Below are positions 25,501 to 37,144 of a stretch of 64,000 bases of DNA, piece after piece (the first letter of the stretch is position 1; the number at the start of each line of letters is the position of its first letter). The notes below the pieces were generated by a model. It was not told the origin of the DNA and ran no database searches. It worked only from the letters and a program-made list of their open reading frames with translations. Both the position numbers and the translations under genes were made by a program. Source of the stretch: Macrostomum lignano (taxonomy: Eukaryota); assembly GCA_002269645.1 (NCBI GenBank), contig NIVC01001331.1, positions 186,001 through 250,000 on the forward strand. Reading direction: 5' to 3'.

Positions 25501-28132
25501 TATTAATTATATAAGGAGTATGCTATAGTCAAAATAAAAGCATCCTAGCTTTCAAAGCTAGAACGTTACAACGCTACCACGCTTAAGAGGGCTCGTACTC
25601 TCATGCCAGAGCGAACGCAGAAAAGTCGATACAAAAGAGGCCAAATTGCAACATAAAAGTGAAAATAAGGCAGCACATACTGCCAGTGTTCTCAAACTCT
25701 GCTCGAGCAGCTCAGATTAGCCCTGCTGAAACTGAAGTGCAGCATACTGCCAGACTGTGCTCAAAATCTGCTTGTGTCGAACAAAGCTGAGTGACAGAGT
25801 CCAACTTGCAGCGATGCGCCAGACTGGATTCTGATCGACTACCCGCTGAACATAAGAGGTGGGGTTCTCTACAATGGTTGTCAATTATGTCGACACAAGT
25901 TATTGCTGCGTGTAGCGATTTGTAGCGATTTTTATTTTCATTCCGTTTCCGAACAGCTGAAAGGTACATCTGTGGAGATGAACATTTTATTATTAGAGAG
26001 ATAATGAGTGAACGCTTTGTCTAGTTTTTGCTGTCTTCTTTCTATTCCAATAGGATTCTAGCACCATGCAGATTTCAAGATATTAAATTATGAGTTCCAA
26101 GTTATTTAAGCATGATTACATAGTCTGTTACAATGCTATAACCTTCATGATGCCCCAAAATTATTGATCCTAGGTAAATCTGATGTCAGTTAAGCAGACC
26201 AATGAATTTAAAGTAAATTTAAAGTCAATCAGACCTGATTATTTGGTGTTAGTTAGTGAAATCTGATTAATCTGGTGATCTTAGACTAGAATTGCTAGTC
26301 ATAAAAAATTTTAAGTGATGGTTAATAAAAAGATGTTTAAAGTAATTTTTACAAAATTTACCTCAACTTATTCAGTATGAAATAAGCATAATAACTATCA
26401 TTAAAAATAACTAAAGCCTAATTCATTACAAATTATACATTAAATGGCAATAAAATTATATTAGGTTGTCCCTGCTGCAAAGCCAAAAAAATGCTTCTTT
26501 ATAGGGTTCTTTGCAGTGCCTTGATGAAATATCTAAGCTTTTCATTGTACATGCTCCACACAGTGGGCTTCCGGAGAAAAAAATCATGACAAAAACAGAC
26601 ATTTATGGCATTTAAGAGCCAACAAAGAGTACCATTTAGTAAAGAAAAAAAATGCTTCAAGCTTGATAGGTGTGTAATAACATATTTCAATTCTAAAAGC
26701 TGGCAATTATTCATTTTGATGCAACAGACTACTGGAGAAAATCACTTTGTGCTCTCTAACTATTAAAAAGTATTTTTATATTGTTATAGAATGTTATACA
26801 ATAAGTAATATATTAGGCTTTTTCAATAAAAAGCATCGATTTTATGCTAAATTATTTTCTAAAATGTAAAAGTGAATAATCCAATTCGATACATCAATTT
26901 AGATTAGTTTTTAACATATTCTCATATGAGCATATAGGTGGGATGTAATAATCAATGTTTACTACCAAAACGAAGAATATTCGAACTACAGTAAGGTTTA
27001 TACAAATAAAGCATTACTCATGCATGCATTTAATGCAAATTAACTCAAAACTTTCACCATCTATATTAATTCCTACATTTTTAGCCCTTCCATTTGTAAA
27101 TTATATAGAATTTTTTTCACACGTGTTCAACGTGGTTGAATTTCCGCCAAAAAAATTATCGCTGAAAAGGACATACTTTGTCTTTTAGAGGAGCGAAAAA
27201 GACTAATTTTACTTAGATTATAGTAAAATTATTTATAATTCACAGTTTAATGCAAGATTTAACCGGCCATACTCATTAGAAAACAGATACAAATTGGTAT
27301 TACAAAGTTTGAATGGTGTAAACTCGCGATGCCCTCGTTTTGACTTTGCCCCGGGCCCGCTATAGCCGGTCGCCGCTAGCGCTAGCTACGCTGCTGCTAG
27401 CCTAGCCCGCCTACACGAACATTGTGGGGGTAGCTTTATTTTTCTGTTGGTCTGTTGCATTAATAAGTGCAATAGGCGTACTACTTTGGTTGAATAGCAC
27501 TGCTGTTTTTTTCGACTAGGCCTACCTGTCTTTTGTGTTAATATTTCTACATGACTAGGCCTACATATTTCCTTCTACATTCTACTTCTACATTTTTCTA
27601 CATATTTCTACATACATTATGTATCATACATGTCTGATGAGATTGACAACGAGTCAATGACAACTCGGCCTGCCTAGTCCTATTATATATATATATATAT
27701 ATATATTATATAATAATATTATATTATTAATATAAATATGTTATGGATTGGTGGTCACAGTTGTAGGGCCCAGTTAATTGGCTTAATTTAATCTTGGATC
27801 TGACATAACTAAGATAGGGCCCTACTGTTTTTGCATGAAAATAACAAGTTATCAGCCACGTGGCATATTTTTGTCATACCTAGCTAAGCCAAGGTATCCC
27901 ATTCTTAGGGTATACTGCAATCCTAGAATTGAAATTTTTCATGAGTATGTAACATATCTAAGTAGGTAATTTAAAAGTAAACAATTTCATATTTACTTTA
28001 TATCTGCTGTATTTGTATTATAATATCTGTATTGTATTTATCTTTTACTATACTCTTTACTATATGTATTTATATAATTTTGTATAATTGTTTTATAATG
28101 TAGTTTTGTTTTAATAAACAACATGCTTGGAT

Positions 28133-28284
28133 GCAACCTAGGGATTCACCTGGCCATTTCTATTGACAACACACACATGTGTAAGTTGCTATTGGACGGA
28201 ATAGTAGTCACGTGATTGCTCTCAACCAATAACAACTTACATGTGTGTTGCCAATAGAAATGGCCGAGTGATTCCCAAGGTTGC
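28133..28284. mobile_element. About 150 bp palindromic MITE-like element
   Basis: Arms GCAACCTAGGGATTCACCTGGCCATTTCTATTG... and ...CAATAGAAATGGCCGAGTGATTCCCAAGGTTGC are near-perfect inverted repeats (~60 bp); central GTCACGTGA. Confidence 0.65.
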
Positions 28285-30088
28285 GCATGTGTGATAAACA
28301 ATATCAATTAATATATAATAGATTGTCAATGATTCACTTGTAAGAGTTTGGTGCTCTGATTTGGCACCCTTGACTGAAAATTCAAGTGTTAGCTTCGGCT
28401 ATTCATTTATTATAAGTAATCACCTTTGTTGGTGCAATTTTGGACTTGGCCTGCAAACTTGGTTTTTATTAATTTTTATATAACTTTTTTACCTAACAAA
28501 TTTCTATGCCTAATAGCCAATCTATCATTTTTAGCTTTTTTATCCATTATCAATTGATCAAATAATAGGGCCTATAGCTAAATAGCTAAAAACCCTTATA
28601 ACAATGCTTTAAAAGATAATTATAGATCTAAAATATATGGTTAAAGTTAAACTACAGAAAAAACATTTTTGCCATTTTCATTATAACCAGTACCTTTAAT
28701 AATTTAGGCCTATTTTTCTTTTTATAGTAGACATAACTTAGCATATAAAAGTTGTTTCAAAACAGAAAAGAACAAAGCTAAGCTTAACCTATTAAAAAAA
28801 GTAAAAATAATAATATAAAAATCATATCAATTCATTTGTTAAAAATTGAAAACTTTGCTTTGCATTTTCTAATGATTTAAAAATACAAAACACATTTATT
28901 TGTATCTAAATCCTACTCTTAAATCTTATATATATACACTAGATAATTGTGCCACAGAGCCACTATATAGTGTAGCTATTATTATACAAAAGACCAAAAT
29001 ATTGTAATGGTCAGTCCTTTATTGTTGAAACACAAAAATGTCCTTTATTGTTGCATTGCTTTTTTGATAATGTCTAGTATATATATATATATATTATATA
29101 TATATAGATACTAGTATATATATATATATAAGTAAATTTGTTTTTTGGCATAAACTTGAATTTATGGTACAAGGATCACTTTTTCTGACTCTGGCTAAAA
29201 TTGTCATAGGCCTATTCAAGATTGTCATATGCAGGTTACAAAAAAACAACTAAATTATCTAAATTGTCATCATCTTTGCACTTAGACCATGCTAGATTCA
29301 CTAAATTATTATATTATGTTTTATTGGCTATGCAAGGATCTTGGCTCTCATATAATAGCAAAATGTTCTTGTTTGCCAACAAAATGATTTTCAACTTTTA
29401 ATTATATTCATACCATCCACTTAAAAGATGTGAAGCCTTGGATTAATTCCTATATTAAAGTTAATAGTCTTGCTGAATTTCAAAGTTTAACTAGGAATGA
29501 ATGATAGAAAGATTATGATGTAACAGTTTGATAACTAAAATTAGAAGCAGATATATTTTTAAACTTCAATTAAGATATTATTCCTTAGCTATTATAAAAA
29601 TGTGCTTTAAAATTAATTTATTTTAGGCCTAGGGTCCTATGTTATTTTGTTTAATTTGGCTTTAATTCCAAGAAATTTGACATTTTTCATATTCAAATGG
29701 TAAAGTCTTATAGATTGGCCAAGTTGTCATCATCATATGACAATTTAGAATATGATGATTTCAACCATACCCCTTTTTCCAGTGTATGTTGTAAAAGATT
29801 TGAGTGTAAGATCTAAAGTGTTTTTTGAGTATCACAGTTAAAAGCCATTTTATAAAAAAGATGACATTGTTATCATCTCAATGAAAGCCAGATAAATAGG
29901 GTTATTTTTCAATCAAAAGTTTTCTCTATAAAAAGTATTGTTTTCTCTTTCAAGTTTTATATATTGCTTTTTATTTTATGTAAATGCATTATAGAGTTAT
30001 TAATTTGTAAAAACCTAATTTTTAATAATTAAAATTTGCATTGTTTTTACATTAGCAAGTCATATGATCCTCACTGAAGTGTTTACAT

Positions 30089-30298
30089 TTAGCAAAAGAG
30101 CAAACATCAAAACAAACATTTAGGGCAAAAATCTTCAGGGCAAACATTTAATTTAAATCGATTAAATCAATTTAATTTAAATACATTCTTGTTTGTGTTT
30201 TCAATAATTTGTTTGCCCTGAAGATGTCCGCTTTGGACGAAATGCGTCGGCAGTTTAAATAGATTAAATGTTTGTTTTGATGTTTGCTCTTTTGCTAA
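30089..30298. mobile_element. Inverted-repeat element, probable Penelope-like pLTR remnant
   Basis: Perfect 34-bp terminal inverted repeat TTAGCAAAAGAGCAAACATCAAAACAAACATTTA; contains a hammerhead motif and a partial antisense copy of it. Confidence 0.55.
30213..30253 (+). ncRNA. Minimal type I hammerhead ribozyme motif
   Basis: Stem I TTGCC/GGCAG; core CTGAAGA (30218-30224); extra U; stem II GTCC-GCTTT-GGAC; GAAA; short stem III ATGCGT; GUC cleavage triplet (cut after 30248). Confidence 0.75.
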
Positions 30299-30511
30299 TT
30301 TTAAAGCAAGCTACATTACCACTGTTTACATTAAAATATTAATATATTTAGTAAAACAGATTCTACTATTAGCTTGTTTGAATCTAAATATTTTTAGCTT
30401 GTCTTCAATTGAATAATAAACAATAGCAAATGGCAATTTGCAACTGAATTTAGTGCCTTAGGTGCCAGTTTTGTAGCTAACAATTGAATTTATCATGATA
30501 AAAAGCTTCTA

Positions 30512-30705
30512 CAAGGGGTGTCCAAAAAGTAGTGGTACTGTTACTTTCATGGGTATAACTTTTGTTCTCTGGTATCAATTTTAAAAATTCAAAAAGCAGT
30601 CTGTAGAAGAGATTTGCCACTATCAGATCATAAAATTTTAAATCACAGGAAGCTATAGAACGAGAGCTATGGTTAAAAGTATCACTACTTTTTGGACACC
30701 CCTCG
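30512..30705. mobile_element. Tc1/mariner MITE, 194 bp
   Basis: 28-bp TIRs C(A/G)AGGGGTGTCCAAAAAGTAGTG(G/A)TACT flanked by TA on both sides (30510-30511, 30706-30707). Confidence 0.9.
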
Positions 30706-31124
30706 TAGATCAACATTGACCTCTATAGCTTGATTTCGGCTTCATAATTGCATTTTAGCCTATTTAGATTTTTATCTAGATATTAGGTATAATTTTCCTC
30801 AAAAAGGCTAAATTTGCACCTAGAATTTAATTTAGGGTAATCAAATTTTATACTTATGGGCTTTTTGTCATATGCATTTCCATTTTTATCCTTCACAATC
30901 CAGTAAAACTTGTCTTTTGGACTAGAATTAGTTCTTTATAGTATATTAAAATCTTGCCAGGCAAGACTTCTAGTTTTGATTGAGAATATTTAACAGATTG
31001 CCTTACTATTGCATACTATTTGACTTTGTAGCATTCAAACAAAAAGTTATTAGTTACATGTGCAAGCAATATTTTACTTTTTAAAAATCTACAAAACACG
31101 CACCTAATTGAAAATTGCAGGGCA

Positions 31125-32794
31125 ATGGGCTACATTAAGATCACCAAGACCACCGCTTATTTCAAGCGGTATCAGGTCAAGTTTAAGAGGCGTCGCCAGG
31201 GTAAAACCGACTATTACGCCAGGAAGAGGCTGATCTGGCAGGATAAGAACAAGTACAACACGCCCAAGTACCGAATGGTTGTCCGATTCACTAACAAGGA
31301 CATCATCTGCCAGATTGTCTATGCTAGAATCGAAGGCGATCACGTGATCTGCTCGGCCTACGCGCACGAGCTGCCCCGCTACGGCGTGAAGGTCGGCCTG
31401 AAGAACTACGCCTCGGCCTACGCCACCGGCCTGCTGCTGGCCAGGCGAATGATCAAGAAGCTCAAGCTGGACTCAATCTACGTTGGCAAAGAGAAGGCCG
31501 ACGGCGAGGAGTTCATCGTTGAAAGCCCGGATGGTCAGCCTGGCGCGTTCCGCTGCTACCTGGACGTCGGCCTGGTGCGCACCTCCACCGGGGCGCGCGT
31601 GTTCGGCGCGCTCAAAGGCGCCGTGGACGGCGGATTGGACATCCCGCACTCGAATAAGCGCTTCCCCGGCTATAGCGCCGCTACCAAGCAGTACAGGTGA
31701 GCGTTGAATCCAACAAGCAAGGGAAGAATCGCTGAATGTCCTGACGATCTTGAATACTTGAAAGGCGACAGTTGATCCGCAGCCCATTCTGCCCCATGTG
31801 TACTTTTAGTGGTCTTATGTACTTTTAGTGGACACTCTGGAACAACGCCTTCGGCGATATCGTCCTCTATCCATCGGTGAGGCCATTCTGCACATCCCGC
31901 TGACTCCTGAGCACATGCAAGCGCGCCAATACTGTACACAGACACATACACAGCTCACACAGGGTGTACAGCAGCCCTGACTTTCGAATCGTCAGGCATG
32001 TACACTCTGCAGTGCTCATAAGAGTCGCGAAAAGTCGTCCAAGAGTCGTCGTGTTGGCGCTTAACTGTCTACTAACTCTACGTAAAATAAATAGAGTTTT
32101 TATAAATGCGAAATTCGATTCCGATTCCGATACGCTTGAGAAGCAATTCAGTGATTCTACAGCAACTCTATCGCGGCCCCAGAGTCACTTGCGTCGCCCC
32201 AGAGTCGCAGACAATAAGACGCCTCAAATTGACTTTTAGACGACTTTTAATGTGAAATCTCGTCGTTTTAAGTCGTCTAGAGTCACTTTTTCCCTATTTT
32301 ACCTGTGTTACCTGCAACGACTCTGAAACGACTCTAAAGCGACGCAAGTCTTGGCCTGGGTACCGTTTTCTTTGGGTATGGTAGTCTTATTGTGTCTCAA
32401 ATATTACTTTTTTTATTTTCCCAACCGCAGCGCCGAAGAGCACCGCAAGAAGATCCTCGGCCTGCACGTGGCCGAGTATATGCGCTCGCTGAAGTCCGAC
32501 GACGAGGAGGCCTACCAGAGGCAGTTCTCCGACTATCTGAAGAAGGGCGTCGACGAGAACAGCATCGAACAGATGTACACCAAGGCGCACGCCGCTATCC
32601 GCGCCAAGCCGGAGCCGGAGGCGCCGAAAAAGAAGGCGCCGGCCGCCGATGGCGCCAAGCCGAAGCGCTACGGCCGGAAGAAGATGTCCCGGGAGCAGAA
32701 GCGCAACCGGGTGCAGCAAAAGAAAGCCACCTTCTTGGCCAAACTGCAGGGCAACTTGGCTGGCGGCGACGCGGCTAATGAAGACGATGATTGA
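31125..32794 (+). CDS. RPL5: 60S ribosomal protein L5 (uL18), 311 aa, 2 exons
   Basis: Exons 31125-31696 and 32431-32794 (phase 2, KQYS|AEEHRK). [55 protein letters not shown]. Confidence 0.98.
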
Positions 32795-33390
32795 ATGCCG
32801 GATTTGAGGCAGACTGGTTGAAACAATCGCTAGTGAAGTTGACCAGTCAATTAGGCTGTTCAGTCCCACTCAGTAGGATCGCCTTGGCTTGTGTTAGTTA
32901 AATATAAAAAAAGTTTTCATGGGAGTTTGAGACAAAAAAGACTCCTTGGTTAAGTTTCTTGGACACAAAAAGCACTCACTGTTGTCTTTTTTTCTCTGCA
33001 GAAAGTAAAACAGCCAGTTGTACAAGTTTAATAGCAGTTTGTTAGAAATAGCATAAGATTTCAACGCTGTTCAGTAGCTTTACGAGCTTAGAGATTCCAT
33101 GATTCCAGGCAGGATTGGCTCACCGCTGGATGGGGAATGCTGTCGCCGAAGGTCTTGTTACTACGAGCGTAATTTCACAAGCTCGAAGTTTCACGTGACG
33201 AAATCAAGCCATTTCGAGCTTGATAGCAGTAGTAGGTAGTGCATATTGCGCGTATAAGCCCAAATGAGACAGTTGTAGACATTTACATCCGAATGTGTCC
33301 TATTGGAGTCACCATTTATGCAAAAAATGATACGATATAATAAATGCATGGAAACCCATTATGTTTTGCAGCTAAAAAATCCGAACCATA

Positions 33391-33969
33391 ATGTCTGCGA
33401 AATCGACGGCAGCAGCAGCGGCTACGGATGAGGCCACCGAGAGCAGCACCGGCATCCCGGCCTGCCAGTTCATTGAAGACGTGGCTGCTTACCTGCACAG
33501 GAACGGCGACCAGCCGGTGCAGGAGGCAATTAAGGACGCCGAGGAGCTCTATAATAAGTACAAGTTCATGGAGCAGCACTTCTCGACTAGACGGTCCCGT
33601 CTCCGACGCCAGATTCCGGATCTGTCGAACAATTTGAATGCGATCGAGTTTTTAAAATCGCGCCAAAGTAAAGAATTTACTACTTCTTTCATGCTAGCTG
33701 ACAATGTCTACGCCAAGGCGAATGTAGCCGACTGCAGCAAAGTTGGAGTTTGGCTCGGCGCCAATGTCATGCTGGAATACGACTTAACCGAGGCTGAGGC
33801 CCTGCTTAAAAAGAATTTGGACTCGGCCGAGACTAATCTGGCCGAATTGGAGAAGAATTTGGACTTTATTAAAGACCAGATCACCACGTCGGAGGTGAAT
33901 ATTGCCAGATTGTACAATCACGGCGTTATGCTAACTAAGCAGGCCCGGTTGACCGGGGCGGAGGCCTGA
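33391..33969 (+). CDS. VBP1: Prefoldin subunit 3 (VBP1), 192 aa, single coding exon
   Basis: GIPACQFIEDV, YNKYKFME, VGVWLGANVMLEY, DFIKDQITTSEVNIARLYN. Confidence 0.95.
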   Translation: MSAKSTAAAAATDEATESSTGIPACQFIEDVAAYLHRNGDQPVQEAIKDAEELYNKYKFMEQHFSTRRSRLRRQIPDLSNNLNAIEFLKSRQSKEFTTSFMLADNVYAKANVADCSKVGVWLGANVMLEYDLTEAEALLKKNLDSAETNLAELEKNLDFIKDQITTSEVNIARLYNHGVMLTKQARLTGAEA

Positions 33970-35616
33970 AGCGAGTATTTCTTAATCTTAAAATGAAGGA
34001 TAATTCAAGCAACGGTTTCCTCGCTTATATTTAGTTGCATTGTTTGACTGCGTTGGATTTGTTGGCTTGAATACGCCGTGTTGGACTATTGCTCTACTAA
34101 TAGTAGCTGAGAAGAAGTAGGAGAGTGCATACGATTTTTGGTTATTTATTGTAGAAGCCTACTACTATGACTCCGACTCAACCACTGGCCAAGGCTTGCA
34201 GCTTATTTGCTAGTGTATTATAACATATTCGCGTACTAAAAGCAGCCATTAATTATAAAAAAGTTTAACTTACAACTTGGGTTTCGTCCATCTGAATTTG
34301 AATCTATCAATAATATTGCTATTGTTAAAAAAATTAAACTTATATGCTTGCTTTTCTTTAATTGAAGACTTTTTTATAAGTTTAAACCTAGAAAAGTAGT
34401 GAATCAAACAAGTTGTTGGTCTTACTTTTTATTATATTATAACACTCCTATAGATTTCGCCCGCCCCCCAAGGAGGGTAAAATGTGCTAGTCTTTGATAC
34501 TAAATCTTACGCTTTAAGTTGAGTAATATTGACAACAGACATAAGTGTCTAAGGCCAGCCAGTCTGCTTGAATAAAATAAAGCAACTAATCGAAGAAATT
34601 CTAAACACTTCAGCGCACAAACTAAAAAAGCTGGAGCAGAAATCTCAGCTAATATATAGCCCACGTACAGAACAGTGGGAGTTATTTAAATAGTTTAATT
34701 AACTTTGATCTTGTCGGCCTCAATAAAAACATCAAATTGTCTGTCATTGTTGCTGCACAATTCTTATTTTATATCATGTGTGCTCAAAATTTAAAAAAAT
34801 ACTGAGTTTAAAAAAAGAAAACAAAAATGGTACACAAAAAATCAACAAATTCCTAACCTATGTATAACTTTGAGATTCTCGAGGTAAAACAAAAACGCTT
34901 TAAAAATGGCATACGTTATTCGCATTGCGGAGGTCATGAGAACAATTCAGGCTAATCTCAGCCTCCGCTGTCTGATATGCACAGTGCACAGTCGCTGGTT
35001 TAATTTGCTATTCAATAAAAGGACTCTACACAAGAGACTCTAGAGTTCTCTAAATGAACTCTACACAATATCTCGTATGTAGTAGTAAGTTCAGTCTTTT
35101 TCAATATCCTAATCTTTTTATGAAGGCCTTGCCGAAAAGTGCAGGTGCTGAGGAGAGGCTGCAGACTACGGCTAACTGTACAGACGGGTGAACTAGATTT
35201 ATAACTTCAGACAGTGAATTGAGAGCGCACAGAAGCAAAAAATGCACAAAAAAGAAAACTAATATAAAATATAAAGTACAACAATTATGAAGAGTAAGTA
35301 CAGAGGAAATTAAAACACGCAAGTGCTTTTATCGGAAGAAAAGCAACTACTATAATGAAGCTCGTATCAGACTGAGGCGTGTCTTAAGTATGAGATTAAC
35401 AACACAGATATAAACAACTATCAATTTAGGTAGCTGAGGTATTACAATTGGTTGCTATGGTTTTCAAACATAATTTATCAACAATAACAAGCTAAATAAT
35501 ATAAATATGAATGCCAATTATAACTTAAGCAAAAACTATAGGAACAAGACAAGAGATCAGGCCTTAACTCCCTGCAGTTACCGGGTTTTGGCGCCTGTTC
35601 TGAATATCTTTTCAAT

Positions 35617-35920
35617 GGCCAGCTACAGAGGGGGCGCCAGCTACAGAGGGGGTGACAGTTATAGAGGAGACGCCAGCTACAGAGGGGGCGCCAGCTACAG
35701 AGGGGGCTCCAGCTACAGAGGGGGCGCCAGCTACATAGGGGGTGCCAGCTACAGAGGGGGCGCCAGCTACAGAGGGGGCGCCAGCTACAGAGGGGGCGCC
35801 AGCTACAGAGGGGGTGCCAGCTACAGAGGGGGTGCCAGCTACAGAGGGGGTGACAGCTACACAGAGGGGGTGACCGCTACAGAGGGGGTGACAGCTACAG
35901 AGGGGGCGCCTGCAGCTACA
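35617..35920 (+). repeat. 18 bp minisatellite (GCCAGCTACAGAGGGGGC); open frame reads (ASYRGG)n
   Basis: Direct tandem copies; coding status unknown. Confidence 0.9.
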
Positions 35921-36049
35921 GAGGCGCCTGACTATCATGACTAGGCTTCTCAGTATTACTATATATATAGTGCAGACACGTCAAGTCCAAGCGTGCATGA
36001 TTCCAAGTGAGCTCCCAGCAGTCGGCAGCGGCAGCGGCTCAGCAGTCGT

Positions 36050-37108
36050 TCAGTCGGCAGCGGCGGCGGGCGCTGCCACAGTCGTCGGCACCCGGTAGAG
36101 CCGTCGCCTAGGCAACAGTTTAAGCCTCAGACAAGCCTCCCATAGCAACGGGCCCAACAGATTCCAGGCCAATTTGCCAACGTAGAAATAGAAGATAATC
36201 CACAATGCTACGCCGGCCAGTCGTCGCGTGGGAGCGAGCAGTCGCCAGGACGCGGCCACCAACGTGTCCAACTCGGCGGCCGGGTCGTATCCGGTGAATG
36301 GCCGGGCGGTGACCAGCGGCAGGCGGCAGGGGCTCAGCTGAAGCTTTGGCGGCTGGCCGTCCGCTGTTGGCCATTCGGGACAGGCCGCGTCCGGCCGGTA
36401 GGCCCGGGCTGCCGCGCACTGAGCGCCGGCCAGGCGGGACAGCCAGGCGTGCCACACCCGGATGATCTCCTGCGAGATCGATGCAGAATGATTATCGATT
36501 GGCTTGGCCGGATCAAAGTTCAAGCTCATTGGACCAAATTGCATAGTCACGTGACTGCTACATGTAGCTTCCAGCCAATAGAAATATGGGCCGGGTGGTT
36601 CCCAAGGTCACTAATATACAATACGCTTACTATTTTGACGGGCTGCACAGTTTGTTTAACGCAACTGGATTCTAATTAAGCTAGCAGTAAAACTGGACTC
36701 GAATCTAATAATCACTCAAATTAATAAACCAATCAGGATTGCTCCTCAGGAACTTGACTCTAGATAGTTTATCAATCAATCAAGTAAAGCCAAATCAATT
36801 TTGAATTCTTTAGAAACTGAACTTTATTCAATCAGTCAATCAAAGCAAAACCAATCAATCAATCAATCAAAAAAATCTGTCAATCAATCAAAACAATCTA
36901 TTAGTTAATCCATCAATCAAAACAATCTATTATTCAATCAGTCAATCAATCAAAACAAACTATTAATCAATTAATCAATCAATCAATCAATCAAAACAAA
37001 CTATCAATCAATCAATCAATCAAAACAATCTATAAATCAATCAATCAATCAATTAAAACAAACTATTAATCAATCAATTAATCAATCCATCAATCAAAAC
37101 AAACTATA

Positions 37109-37144
<36 letters not shown>

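Noticed and set aside
22600-27300. Short ORFs in the AT-rich intergenic region (24634-24915, 25286-25468, 25712-25969, 26499-26714)
   Set aside because: No motifs, splice support or codon bias; possibly old TE decay.
27630-27670. Second hammerhead (CTGATGAG + stem ATTGAC/GTCAAT)
   Set aside because: GAAA is replaced by GACA and no stem I pairing is found; at most a dead relic.
31697-32430. Intronic snoRNA in RPL5, as in vertebrates
   Set aside because: No clean RUGAUGA/CUGA box pair or H/ACA layout is visible by eye; an Infernal or snoscan search would be decisive.
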